In this document: positions 49,063-57,999 of the stretch, piece by piece
Layout: every line of letters starts with the position of its first letter
Numbering within the stretch: position 1 is the first letter of the stretch
Assembly (NCBI GenBank): GCA_965205605.1
Contig: CBDBHE010000002.1
Coordinates: 32,001-96,000 of the forward strand
Source of the DNA: Spirochaetota bacterium
Lineage (GTDB): Bacteria; Spirochaetota; UBA12135; COTS27; CBDBHE01
Length of the DNA: 64,000 nt
Direction of reading: 5' to 3'
Notes under the pieces: generated by a model
What the model saw: only the letters and a program-made list of their open reading frames with translations
Database searches by the model: none
Told to the model about the DNA's origin: nothing
Made by a program: the position numbers and the translations under genes

Positions 49063-49796
49063 GTAAAAAATAACTCTAAATTTTTATTAATAAGATTTGT
49101 TTTCTTAGGCAAGCAAATTGACAACACATTCTCATCAAAATTAAAACTATACGCTTTTAATTGAAAAAAATTGGTAAAAAAGCTTTCATATTTGTTTTCT
49201 TTTTTTTTCATCTTACTTACTTCCCATATTTTGTAGGGTGTTGTAAACCCACACCTTAATGTTTTAGAGACAGCTTCTTTAATAGACCAAAGGATATTTG
49301 CCATAACCACCTCTGTTTCTTCTTTTTGTTGTTTAATCAAATCAAGCTCGTTTTTAGTCAGAATTCGTTTGTATATTTTTTCTTTTTGTTTTTTTTCCTC
49401 TAAATCAATTCCCATAGGATGACCAGATTGAAACACTAAAGCACAAATGTGAGACTTGGTGTGTGTAATAGAAACTTCATAAGGATTATTTAAGCAAGTA
49501 TGAATGATTGGATAAGTGAAAATTCCATTTTTGATAGCAGTCTTTTTCATTTTAATTTTAGGTTCCATGTTTTGTAAGGCAATTTTACAAATAAACCGAC
49601 TCGCCATAAATTTCTTTTTTCCTTCAAATAAAGAAATGTTTTTTATTTTTTTCTTTTCATAAGGGTGTAGGTGTTTTTCAATTTCTTTAAAAGGGATTTT
49701 GTCTATTGTACTTGATATTAAAATAGCTTTGGGGGTTTGGTCTTTTCTTGAAAGAGATAGCGAGGTTATTTTTAAACTATTTTTCCAAGATTCCAT
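49059..49796 (-). CDS. 4'-phosphopantetheinyl transferase (Sfp-type)
   Basis: LHP.E, SR...K.A, G.F..P, SITH, PMGIDLE, LWSIKEA.SK...G. Confidence 0.85.
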   Translation of the reverse strand: MESWKNSLKITSLSLSRKDQTPKAILISSTIDKIPFKEIEKHLHPYEKKKIKNISLFEGKKKFMASRFICKIALQNMEPKIKMKKTAIKNGIFTYPIIHTCLNNPYEVSITHTKSHICALVFQSGHPMGIDLEEKKQKEKIYKRILTKNELDLIKQQKEETEVVMANILWSIKEAVSKTLRCGFTTPYKIWEVSKMKKKENKYESFFTNFFQLKAYSFNFDENVLSICLPKKTNLINKNLELFFT

Positions 49797-49834
49797 TTAA
49801 GTAGTTTTGTCTTTTTTTTAACTTTATCATTATT

Positions 49835-51061
49835 TTAGCTCCAAGAATAAAATAAAGTCTCTTTTCCTTTTTTAAGGACTTCTTTTTTTTTAAGCTCTAT
49901 AAATCCACTGGCTTCACTAAGGATAGCCCAGTTTCCAGAGTTTATTATTTTTAAAGGGGTTCCAAAAAAGTGGCCTTTTATTTCTTTAGTAGAAATCAAA
50001 ATAAATTGATTAAAGGTATCTTGGCCTTTGAGTGTTTTGTCAATTTTGATGCTTTGTTGTTTATGATGGTAGCAAATTATTTTCATTAACGCTGGTTTGA
50101 TGTAGCGATAAAATAAAATAAGAGATGAAATAGGGTTTCCAGGTAGAGCAAAAAAAAGTTGATTTTTTTCCCCTATTCCAAACCAAAAAGGCTTCCCTGG
50201 TTTTTGTTTGACTCCATGAAACACTTCTTTAACTTTTGCTTCTTTTAAAGCTTGCACTGTATAATCATAGCAACCTTTTGAAACTCCTCCACTTAAAATA
50301 AAAATTTCAAATTGATCCAAAGTTTTGATAATCATTTTTTTCAATTTAATTAAATCGTCTTTTAAATGAAATACACTCGGTTTTAAAGAAGCAAAATCAT
50401 TTTTTAAAGCACTTTCAATTGCATAACTATTAGATCGATATGTTTTATATAGACAATTTTTTTGACCTGGATCGATGAGTTCATTTCCGATAGAAAAAAT
50501 AGCAACTTTTGGTGTTGATGAAACAAGGAGAGCCTCTTTTCCAATTGAGGCAGCAGTGGCTAAGTGAGGGGTTTGAATTTTTTTAGGATTTTTAAGTAAA
50601 AGTTTTTTTGGATGGTAGCTACCTTGAGTTTGAATATATTGCCCTTTGATAGGAATGTAATTTTTGTTTGTGATTGTAGCAGAGAAATTTTTAAAATTAA
50701 TATTTTCAACTGGAATAACAGTATCAGTTTTTTTTGGAAGTGGGCAACCTGTTGTGACTTCAATAAAGCTTTTTTTGTTTTTTTTTGTTAGAGGTTTTTT
50801 TCCTATTTTTTGGATACTTTCTTGAGAGAAAATGGTTGTACCTTGTTTCCAATCGTTAAAGTCAATAGCAATGCCATCCATTAAAACTTTATCATAAGGA
50901 GGCATTAAAGGAGTAAAGAGATTTTCTCTTAAAATATGACCTATGGATTTTCTTAGAGAAACAGGGAGGGGAGAGGATTTTTTTAAATTGGAAAATATTT
51001 TTTTTTCAGCAACGTTTACGGAAATAATTTTTTTTTTAAGTAAAAAAGAGCTATTTTTCAT
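49835..51061 (-). CDS. moeA: Molybdopterin molybdenumtransferase
   Basis: PPYD...MDG.A, TG.P.P...D.V...E, GNEL, SGGVSKG..D, KPGKP, ALPGNP.S. Confidence 0.92.
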   Translation of the reverse strand: MKNSSFLLKKKIISVNVAEKKIFSNLKKSSPLPVSLRKSIGHILRENLFTPLMPPYDKVLMDGIAIDFNDWKQGTTIFSQESIQKIGKKPLTKKNKKSFIEVTTGCPLPKKTDTVIPVENINFKNFSATITNKNYIPIKGQYIQTQGSYHPKKLLLKNPKKIQTPHLATAASIGKEALLVSSTPKVAIFSIGNELIDPGQKNCLYKTYRSNSYAIESALKNDFASLKPSVFHLKDDLIKLKKMIIKTLDQFEIFILSGGVSKGCYDYTVQALKEAKVKEVFHGVKQKPGKPFWFGIGEKNQLFFALPGNPISSLILFYRYIKPALMKIICYHHKQQSIKIDKTLKGQDTFNQFILISTKEIKGHFFGTPLKIINSGNWAILSEASGFIELKKKEVLKKGKETLFYSWS

Positions 51062-51149
51062 TTTAAGTAAAAAAATTATAGCTTTTTAAGAAAAGAAATA
51101 GTGATTTTTAGTGATTTTTTTTAGAATAAGCAATTTTTTTCCTTATTTT

Positions 51150-51178
51150 TTGATTAATTTTTTTTAAAGTGTTATAAT
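51150..51178 (+). promoter_or_regulatory. Sigma70 promoter for tRNA-Thr-Trp-secE-nusG
   Basis: TTGATT-N17-TATAAT with TG extension, ending 15 nt before tRNA-Thr. Confidence 0.75.
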
Positions 51179-51193
51179 TTACGCTCTAAGTAT

Positions 51194-51266
51194 GCCCGCA
51201 TAGCTCAGTTGGTAGAGCATTTCCATGGTAAGGAAAAGGTCAGCAGTTCGACTCTGCTTGTGGGCT
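51194..51266 (+). tRNA. tRNA-Thr(GGT)
   Basis: GCCCGCA/TGTGGGC acceptor, TAGCTCAGTTGGTAGAGC D-arm, TTTCC-ATGGTAA-GGAAA anticodon arm. Confidence 0.95.
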
Positions 51267-51322
51267 TATGGATGTTTCTGAAGGAACAAGAGATTTTTTA
51301 TAAGGATTTTTTTAATAAAAGG

Positions 51323-51396
51323 GGGCCAGTAACTCCAATTGGTAGAGTAACGGATTCCAAATCCGGCTGTTAGAGGTTCGAGTCCTCTCTGGCCCG
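51323..51396 (+). tRNA. tRNA-Trp(CCA)
   Basis: GGGCCAG/CTGGCCC acceptor, CGGA-TTCCAAA-TCCG anticodon arm, G73; directly before secE. Confidence 0.93.
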
Positions 51397-51413
51397 TTTT
51401 AGGTTTTAAAAAT

Positions 51414-51713
51414 ATGTTTAAAAAAATTAGAATTTTTTTAAGAGAAATAAAAACAGAACTTTTAGATAAGACAACTTGGCCTACTAAAGATGTTGTACTT
51501 AGTTCTACTATTGTGGTGATTGTTTCTATTGTGGTGGTTTCAGTGTTTCTTTTTTTAGTTGATTTTGGCGTTAGTCGCTTGGTACGTATGTTTCTTATTG
51601 AAAAAGTAAGTGAATTTAGGCCATTTTTTAATACGGCTACTTTTTTTGCTTTTATTGTGATTTCGTTTTTTTTAACAGTTTTGTTTTATAGATTTAAAAA
51701 AAGAATTGGATAA
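51414..51713 (+). CDS. secE: Preprotein translocase subunit SecE with C-terminal extension
   Basis: FLREIKTELLDKTTWPT...V..ST.VV...F.FLVD; between tRNA-Trp and nusG. Confidence 0.92.
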   Translation: MFKKIRIFLREIKTELLDKTTWPTKDVVLSSTIVVIVSIVVVSVFLFLVDFGVSRLVRMFLIEKVSEFRPFFNTATFFAFIVISFFLTVLFYRFKKRIG

Positions 51714-51748
51714 TTTTATTTTCAAAATTTTTTTGGTTTTATTTAGTA

Positions 51749-52285
51749 ATGGAACATAAATGGTATATTATAAGGACGCATTCTGGGAAAGAATTTGCTG
51801 CAAAAAAAGCATTAGATAAAAAAATATTAGATGATAATTTTGAGGAAATTAAGGAAGTTGTTGTTCCTATTTATAAAGAGATTGTTTATAAAGATGGTAA
51901 AAAGAGAGAAGTTGAGAGAAAGTCTTTTCCGGGATATATCTATATTCATATGATTTTAGAAAAACAAGCGATTGCTTTTGTTAAGAATAGCCCTTATATT
52001 TCTGCCTTTATTCATCAAGGGGATTCTGTGCCTAGAGCTTTAAGCGACGCTGAAGCTAGAGGAATGTTTTCTAAAGAAGCGGATGAAACCTCAGATTTAA
52101 TATCTTCAGTACAAATTGATTTTGATGTGGGGCAAAAGGTTTTAATTATAGATGGGCCTTTCAATAATTTTTCAGGGACGATTAAAGAGATTTATCCAGA
52201 GAAAAGAAAAGTATGTGTGAATATTGCTATTTTTGGTCGGACGACTCCTGTTGAGATCGATTATTTTAAGGTTAAAAAGAATTAG
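51749..52285 (+). CDS. nusG: Transcription termination/antitermination factor NusG
   Basis: [19 protein letters not shown] motif [20 protein letters not shown]. Confidence 0.96.
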   Translation: MEHKWYIIRTHSGKEFAAKKALDKKILDDNFEEIKEVVVPIYKEIVYKDGKKREVERKSFPGYIYIHMILEKQAIAFVKNSPYISAFIHQGDSVPRALSDAEARGMFSKEADETSDLISSVQIDFDVGQKVLIIDGPFNNFSGTIKEIYPEKRKVCVNIAIFGRTTPVEIDYFKVKKN

Positions 52286-52299
52286 ATTTAGGAAAGACA

Positions 52300-52722
52300 A
52301 TGGCTAAAAAAATTTTTCGTCAAGTAAAGTTGCAAATAGAGGCAGGTAAGGCAACACCAGCACCTCCTGTAGGAACGGCACTTGGTCCTTTAGGGATTAG
52401 AATTATGGATTTTTGTAAGCAGTTTAATGAAAGAACGGTTAATAACAAAGGGATGATCGTTCCGGTTTTAATGAATGTGTATGAAGACAAAAGTTTTGAT
52501 TTTGTTTTAAAGACGTCTCCAGCTGCTATTTTAATTAAGAAGGCACTTGGTTTGGAAAAAGGATCGGCAGAACCTAATCGAAATAAAATAGGTAAAATTT
52601 CATCCTCAGAGCTTGAGAAAATAGCTAAAGTAAAGTTACCGGATTTGAATGCTTATGATATAGAAATGGCTAAAAAAATTATTGCAGGGACAGCCAGAAG
52701 TATGGGGATCTTAATTGAGTAG
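52300..52722 (+). CDS. rplK: 50S ribosomal protein uL11
   Basis: [34 protein letters not shown]. Confidence 0.98.
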   Translation: MAKKIFRQVKLQIEAGKATPAPPVGTALGPLGIRIMDFCKQFNERTVNNKGMIVPVLMNVYEDKSFDFVLKTSPAAILIKKALGLEKGSAEPNRNKIGKISSSELEKIAKVKLPDLNAYDIEMAKKIIAGTARSMGILIE

Positions 52723-52741
52723 TTAAGAGGGGTTGAGAAGG

Positions 52742-53416
52742 ATGATTAAAAGAAGTAAGCGTTATCGAGCCATTGAGTCTAAAGAAGATTTTTTAGGGTT
52801 TAAAGAAGCTTTAGAAGTAATTAAAAAAAACATTACTTCTAAATTTGATGAAACGATAGAGATCGCTTTTAATTTAAATTTTTTAAAAAAGCATTCTATT
52901 AGAGACATTGTTGTGTACCCTCATTCATTTGGAAAAGCAGTCAAAGTGGCCGTATTTGCTAAAGATAAAAAAGCTAAACAAGCTAAAGAAGCTGGGGCTG
53001 ATTATGTGGGGGATGATGATTTGATTAAAAAAATAGAGGGGGGGTGGTTGGATTTTAAAGTGGCTATTGCAACTCCTGATATGATGAAATCTATTGCTAA
53101 AGTTTCGCGTATCCTTGGGCAAAAAGGTTTGATGCCTAGTCCTAAAGCTAAAACAGTCACTGGAGATGTTGTGCAGGCAGTGAAGTCTGTCAAAGCAGGT
53201 AGGAGAGAATTTAAGGTGGATGCAAGTGGAGTACTTAATTTTCCAGTAGGGAAGGCTTCAATGAGTGAAAAGCAAATCCTTGAAAATATTAATGAAATTT
53301 GTAATGCTGTTAAGAAAAAAAAACCAATAGATATTAAAGGAGAGTACATTAAAAGTGCTTATCTTTCTTCGACAATGGGAAAATCAATTTCTATTTTGAA
53401 GAAAGCTTTTTTATAA
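52742..53416 (+). CDS. rplA: 50S ribosomal protein uL1
   Basis: KFDETIE, AKEAGADYVG, IATPDMM, LG.KGLMP.PK..TV, LSSTMG; short LNFLKKHSIRD loop as in spirochaetes. Confidence 0.96.
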   Translation: MIKRSKRYRAIESKEDFLGFKEALEVIKKNITSKFDETIEIAFNLNFLKKHSIRDIVVYPHSFGKAVKVAVFAKDKKAKQAKEAGADYVGDDDLIKKIEGGWLDFKVAIATPDMMKSIAKVSRILGQKGLMPSPKAKTVTGDVVQAVKSVKAGRREFKVDASGVLNFPVGKASMSEKQILENINEICNAVKKKKPIDIKGEYIKSAYLSSTMGKSISILKKAFL

Positions 53417-53451
53417 AGAGAAATAATACTTTTTGATTTTATAAAGTAACG

Positions 53452-53946
53452 ATGATTAAAAAAGAGAAAGTCCAAGTTGTTAAAGATTTTGCTGAGAGCA
53501 TTAAAGGAAAAGCTTTAATTTATGTTGACTATAAAGGCTTAGATGTTTTTTCTGCTAATAAAATCCGCCTTAAGCTAAGAGACAATGGAGGGAGATTTAA
53601 AGTTTTTAAAAATACTTTAATTAAAAGAGCTTTTGAATTGAATCAAACTGATTTTGATGGAAAAGTTTTAAAAGGAATGACAGGAGTTACGATTACTTCG
53701 GATGATTCATTTACAGTTAATGGGAAAGTGCTCTATGATGCTCAAAAAGAAGGGAAGCTTTCAATTAAAGGTGGTTTTTATCAAGGAGAAAAAGTCGATG
53801 GAAGGTATGTTGTAAAAATAGTCAGTATCCCATCGGAAAAAATTCTTCATGAGATGTTGGTGGCTTCTTTAAAAGGGGTTATTTCTCAGATAGTTTTTAC
53901 TTTAGAAGAAGTTAAAAAAGAAAAAGAAAAAGAAAAAAAATTATAA
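53452..53946 (+). CDS. rplJ: 50S ribosomal protein uL10
   Basis: VDYKGL, KVFKNTL..RA, IKGG, IPS; position in rplKAJL. Confidence 0.92.
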   Translation: MIKKEKVQVVKDFAESIKGKALIYVDYKGLDVFSANKIRLKLRDNGGRFKVFKNTLIKRAFELNQTDFDGKVLKGMTGVTITSDDSFTVNGKVLYDAQKEGKLSIKGGFYQGEKVDGRYVVKIVSIPSEKILHEMLVASLKGVISQIVFTLEEVKKEKEKEKKL

Positions 53947-53980
53947 ATTTTTTTTTAAAAAATAAGAGGTATTGATTAAA

Positions 53981-54352
53981 ATGGCGCTTACAAAGAATGA
54001 TTTCATTAAAGAAATAGAAAAGATGACAGTGCTTGAACTAAATGATTTAGTTGAAGCTTTAAAAGAAAAGTTTGGAGTTACAGGTATGCCAGTGATGGCA
54101 CAAGGAGTAGCTAGTGGAGGAGCAGATGTGGAAGTTGCCAAAAGTGCTTTTGATATTGTTTTAAAAAATCCTGGTGGTAATAAAATTGCTGTTATTAAAG
54201 AAGTAAAAGTTATTACTGGCTTAGGGTTAAAAGAAGCAAAAGAGTTTGTAGATAATCCACAAAAAGCTCTTAAACAAAATGTTGATAAAGCAGAAGCAGA
54301 AGAGATTAAAAAGAAATTAGAAGCTGCTGGTGCTGAAGTTGAGCTTAAATAA
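53981..54352 (+). CDS. rplL: 50S ribosomal protein bL12 (L7/L12)
   Basis: ATG 53981; MTVLELNDLV.ALKEKFGV, KIAVIKEV, GLGLKEAK, LEAAGAEVELK. Confidence 0.97.
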   Translation: MALTKNDFIKEIEKMTVLELNDLVEALKEKFGVTGMPVMAQGVASGGADVEVAKSAFDIVLKNPGGNKIAVIKEVKVITGLGLKEAKEFVDNPQKALKQNVDKAEAEEIKKKLEAAGAEVELK

Positions 54353-54398
54353 TAATTTTTATAAAAAATTATTATTTATTTGGAGGAATTTTACATAA

Positions 54399-57300
54399 AT
54401 GCCATTAAGTGAACCTATAGAGGAATCAATTAAAAAAGTAAGGGAAGATATTTTAAAAAAGCATTATCTTTCTCAATATAATCGAGTGATGCTTTGGAAA
54501 AAAAAAGAAGGGTTTAAGCTTTCTAATCTTAATGATTTGCAACTTTCTTCTTTTAAAGATTTTTTTCAGGAAGAAATTGATCCACATAAAAGAAAAGATA
54601 TTGGTTTACAGTTTCTTTTTAATTCTGTTTTTCCTTTTAAGTCTACGGATGGGAAAGTACGTTTAGAGTTTAGTCATTATACAATTGGTGAAAAAAAATA
54701 TTCTAGAGAGGAATGTGTTTTAAAAGATTTGAGCTGTACGGTCCCGATTAAAGCAAGTATTAGCCTTATTTTAGAAGAGACAGGGGAAATTAAAGAGCAA
54801 GAGATTTATATTTGTGATGTTCCTTACATGACTCCAGATGGGACTTTTATTATTAATGGAGCAGAACGAGTTGTTGTTTCACAGATTCATAGGAGTCCTG
54901 GGGTTATTTTTGATTATAATCTTAGAGCCAATATGTTTCATTCTAGATTGATTCCTAATAGAGGTCCGTGGCTAGAATTTGAAATTGTTAAGGATATCTT
55001 GTATGTCAGGATTGACCGGAAAGCTCGTATTTTAGTTTCTACTTTTTTTAAAATATTAGATTTGAATAGTAAGGAAGAGGTTATTAGGACTTTTTCGAAA
55101 ACTGAAAAAATATCACTTGATGGTGGTTTGGAAGAAGTGAAGAAAAAACTATCTAATCGTTATATTGTTGAAAGCATTAAGAGTAAAGAGGAAGGCTTGC
55201 TTATAGAGTCTGGCGACTCGATTCTTCCTGAAGTAGTTAATTCTATTATGGATTTGGGTTTAAAAGAGATAGAGGTTGTTAGTTTAGAAGATGCTGATTT
55301 GTATGAGATTATTTTTAATACGTTAAACAAAGATACGAAGGAGCTTTCTAGAAAAGAAGCTTGTAGTTATATTTATTATATTCTTCGTGGTTCGGAGCCT
55401 ACTTTCTCGCAACTTGCGTATAATGAAATTATTTGTAGGTGGAAATGTAAAGAATGTGAAGAGATTTATGATGTTTTTGATCGACCTGATTTTTGCAAAA
55501 AATGTGGAGCTGATGAAACAACTTTTTTTCAGTGTGATAAGTCAATTTTTTTCAATTCTAATAATTATTCACTTGGTGAAGTAGGCCGTTATCGAATTAA
55601 TAAGAAGTTTAATTATGAAAAACCTGTCCAGTCAACTGTTTTAACGCCAAAAGATATTTATAGTACGGTTAAGCATTTGATTAAAGTTCATCGAAGAGAA
55701 GTTTCTGTTGATGATATTGATCATTTAGGTAATCGTCGCGTTAGGCGAGTAGGGGAACAGTTAGTCAATCATCTAAAAATCTGCTTTATGAGAATGGAGC
55801 GATTAGCTAAGGAGCGAATTACCATTCAAGATCATGATACCTTAACTCCTCAAAATTTAATTTCAATTAAGCCAATTACAGCGGGGATAAAAGAATTTTT
55901 TGGGACTGCTCAGCTATCTCAGTTTATGGATCAAACCAATCCGCTAGCAGCGATTACTCATAAAAGACGCCTTAATGCTTTAGGTCCAGGTGGGCTGACA
56001 AGAGAAAGGGCTGGTTTTGAGGTAAGGGATATTCATTACACTCATTACGGTAGGATGTGTCCTATTGAAACACCTGAAGGGCCTAATATTGGTTTGATTG
56101 TTTCTTTGGCTTCTTTTTCAAGGATTAATGATTATGGTTTTATAGAAACTCCTTATTATAAAGTAAAAAATGGAAAGATTTTAAATGAAATAGAGTATCT
56201 TTCTGCTATTGAAGAAGATCGTTATATTATCACTCCTTTTAGTGTTAATTTAGAAGAGGGGGGTAAAATTAAAGATGAATTGGTTCCTACTAGAAAAAGA
56301 GGAGACTATCCCATTAGTTATGCTAAAGATGTTAATTATATGGATGTTTCTCCTAAGCAAATTGTATCGATTTCTAGCTCTATTATTCCTTTTTTAGAGC
56401 ATGATGATGCAAATCGAGCTTTGATGGGCTCTAATATGCAAAGACAGGCAGTTCCTCTTTTGTTTCAAGAGGAGCCTATTGTAGGGACTGGAGTTGAAGA
56501 AGATATTGCAAAATATTCTGGGTTTTGTCAAGTAGCAAAAGAAGATGGGGAAGTTGTTGGAGTTGATAATGCTAAAATTGAAATTAAAGAAAACAAGAAA
56601 GGGGTTATTAAGCATTATAAGCTTGTAAAGTCGATTCGAACCAATCAAGACACTTATTATAATCAAAGACCTTCTGTTGCTTTGGGTGAAAAAGTTAAAA
56701 AAGGAGACATCATTAGTGATGGGCCTTCCATTAAAAATGGAGAACTTGCTTTAGGTAAAAATGTTTTAGTTGCTTTTATGACGTGGGAAGGCTACAACTT
56801 TGAAGATGCTATTTTAATGTCTAGAAGATTGATTAAAAATGATACGTATACATCGATTCATGTTGAAGAATTTGAAATTGAAGCTCGTGAAACGAAATTA
56901 GGTAAAGAGCAAATCACTAAAGACATTCCCAATGTTTCTGAAGATCAACTAAAAGATTTAGATAATGATGGGATTATCCATGTGGGTTCTTTTGTGAAAC
57001 CAGGGGGGATTTTAGTTGGCAAAATCACACCTAAGGGACATACAGAAGTGACACCAGAATATAAGCTATTGCATTCAATTTTTGGAGAAAAAGCAAGGGA
57101 TGTAAAAGATACTTCTCTTAGGGTTCCTCATGGGACTGAAGGAACAGTGGTTGATATTAAAAGATACGATCGAGAGACAAGAGGAGATTTGAAACCTGGA
57201 GTTATTGAACGTATTAAAGTGTATGTGATTAAAAAAAGAAGACTTAAAGAAGGTGATAAATTTGCAGGACGCCATGGGAATAAAGGGGTTGTTGCAAGAG

Positions 57301-57989
57301 TAATACCAGAAGAAGACATGCCTTTTTTAGAAGATGGTACTCCAATTGATATTGTTTTAAATCCTTTAGGAGTGCCTTCTAGGATGAATATAGGGCAAGT
57401 GTTTGAAACTGTTTTGGGGTGGGCAGGAAAATCATTAGGCCTTAAGTTTGGGACCCCCATTTTTAATGCTATTAGTTATGATAATATTTGCAATCTTTTA
57501 GAAAGATGTGATCTTCCAGCTAATGGTAAAGCAATTCTTTATGATGGGAGAAATGGAGAAGCTTTTAAAAAACCAGTTACAGTTGGGTATATGTATTATT
57601 TGAAATTGGCGCATTTAGCTGATGATAAGATTCATGCCAGGTCAACTGGGCCGTATTCTCTTGTCACGCAGCAACCTTTGGGTGGAAAAGCTCAATTTGG
57701 AGGGCAAAGAGTTGGAGAGATGGAGGTTTGGGCTATTGAAGCTTATGGGGCTTCTAATATTTTACAAGAATTTTTAACTGTTAAAGCAGATGCAATGGAA
57801 GGAAGGACTCGTATTTATGAAGCGATAGTTAAAGGGGAGTATATCTCTACTCCTGGTATACCAGAATCATTTAATGTATTAGTACAAGAGCTTAGAGGGC
57901 TTGCGCTTAATATTGAAATTTATGATGTGAATGGTAAAGAAATTAGTATTACACCTAAAAAAAAAAGAGATAAGAAAAAATTTATTTAG
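54399..57989 (+). CDS. rpoB: DNA-directed RNA polymerase subunit beta, with a Cys4 insertion
   Basis: [57 protein letters not shown]. Confidence 0.99.
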   Translation: MPLSEPIEESIKKVREDILKKHYLSQYNRVMLWKKKEGFKLSNLNDLQLSSFKDFFQEEIDPHKRKDIGLQFLFNSVFPFKSTDGKVRLEFSHYTIGEKKYSREECVLKDLSCTVPIKASISLILEETGEIKEQEIYICDVPYMTPDGTFIINGAERVVVSQIHRSPGVIFDYNLRANMFHSRLIPNRGPWLEFEIVKDILYVRIDRKARILVSTFFKILDLNSKEEVIRTFSKTEKISLDGGLEEVKKKLSNRYIVESIKSKEEGLLIESGDSILPEVVNSIMDLGLKEIEVVSLEDADLYEIIFNTLNKDTKELSRKEACSYIYYILRGSEPTFSQLAYNEIICRWKCKECEEIYDVFDRPDFCKKCGADETTFFQCDKSIFFNSNNYSLGEVGRYRINKKFNYEKPVQSTVLTPKDIYSTVKHLIKVHRREVSVDDIDHLGNRRVRRVGEQLVNHLKICFMRMERLAKERITIQDHDTLTPQNLISIKPITAGIKEFFGTAQLSQFMDQTNPLAAITHKRRLNALGPGGLTRERAGFEVRDIHYTHYGRMCPIETPEGPNIGLIVSLASFSRINDYGFIETPYYKVKNGKILNEIEYLSAIEEDRYIITPFSVNLEEGGKIKDELVPTRKRGDYPISYAKDVNYMDVSPKQIVSISSSIIPFLEHDDANRALMGSNMQRQAVPLLFQEEPIVGTGVEEDIAKYSGFCQVAKEDGEVVGVDNAKIEIKENKKGVIKHYKLVKSIRTNQDTYYNQRPSVALGEKVKKGDIISDGPSIKNGELALGKNVLVAFMTWEGYNFEDAILMSRRLIKNDTYTSIHVEEFEIEARETKLGKEQITKDIPNVSEDQLKDLDNDGIIHVGSFVKPGGILVGKITPKGHTEVTPEYKLLHSIFGEKARDVKDTSLRVPHGTEGTVVDIKRYDRETRGDLKPGVIERIKVYVIKKRRLKEGDKFAGRHGNKGVVARVIPEEDMPFLEDGTPIDIVLNPLGVPSRMNIGQVFETVLGWAGKSLGLKFGTPIFNAISYDNICNLLERCDLPANGKAILYDGRNGEAFKKPVTVGYMYYLKLAHLADDKIHARSTGPYSLVTQQPLGGKAQFGGQRVGEMEVWAIEAYGASNILQEFLTVKADAMEGRTRIYEAIVKGEYISTPGIPESFNVLVQELRGLALNIEIYDVNGKEISITPKKKRDKKKFI

Positions 57990-57999
57990 GATTAATTAA

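Noticed and set aside
53417-53451. L10 leader RNA upstream of rplJ
   Set aside because: The intergenic region is only 35 nt and A/T-rich, with no recognisable leader structure.
54346-54378. 15-bp inverted repeat between rplL and rpoB as a terminator or attenuator
   Set aside because: The stem is entirely A/T and weak, so it is plausible by chance at this composition. It is not called without transcript data.
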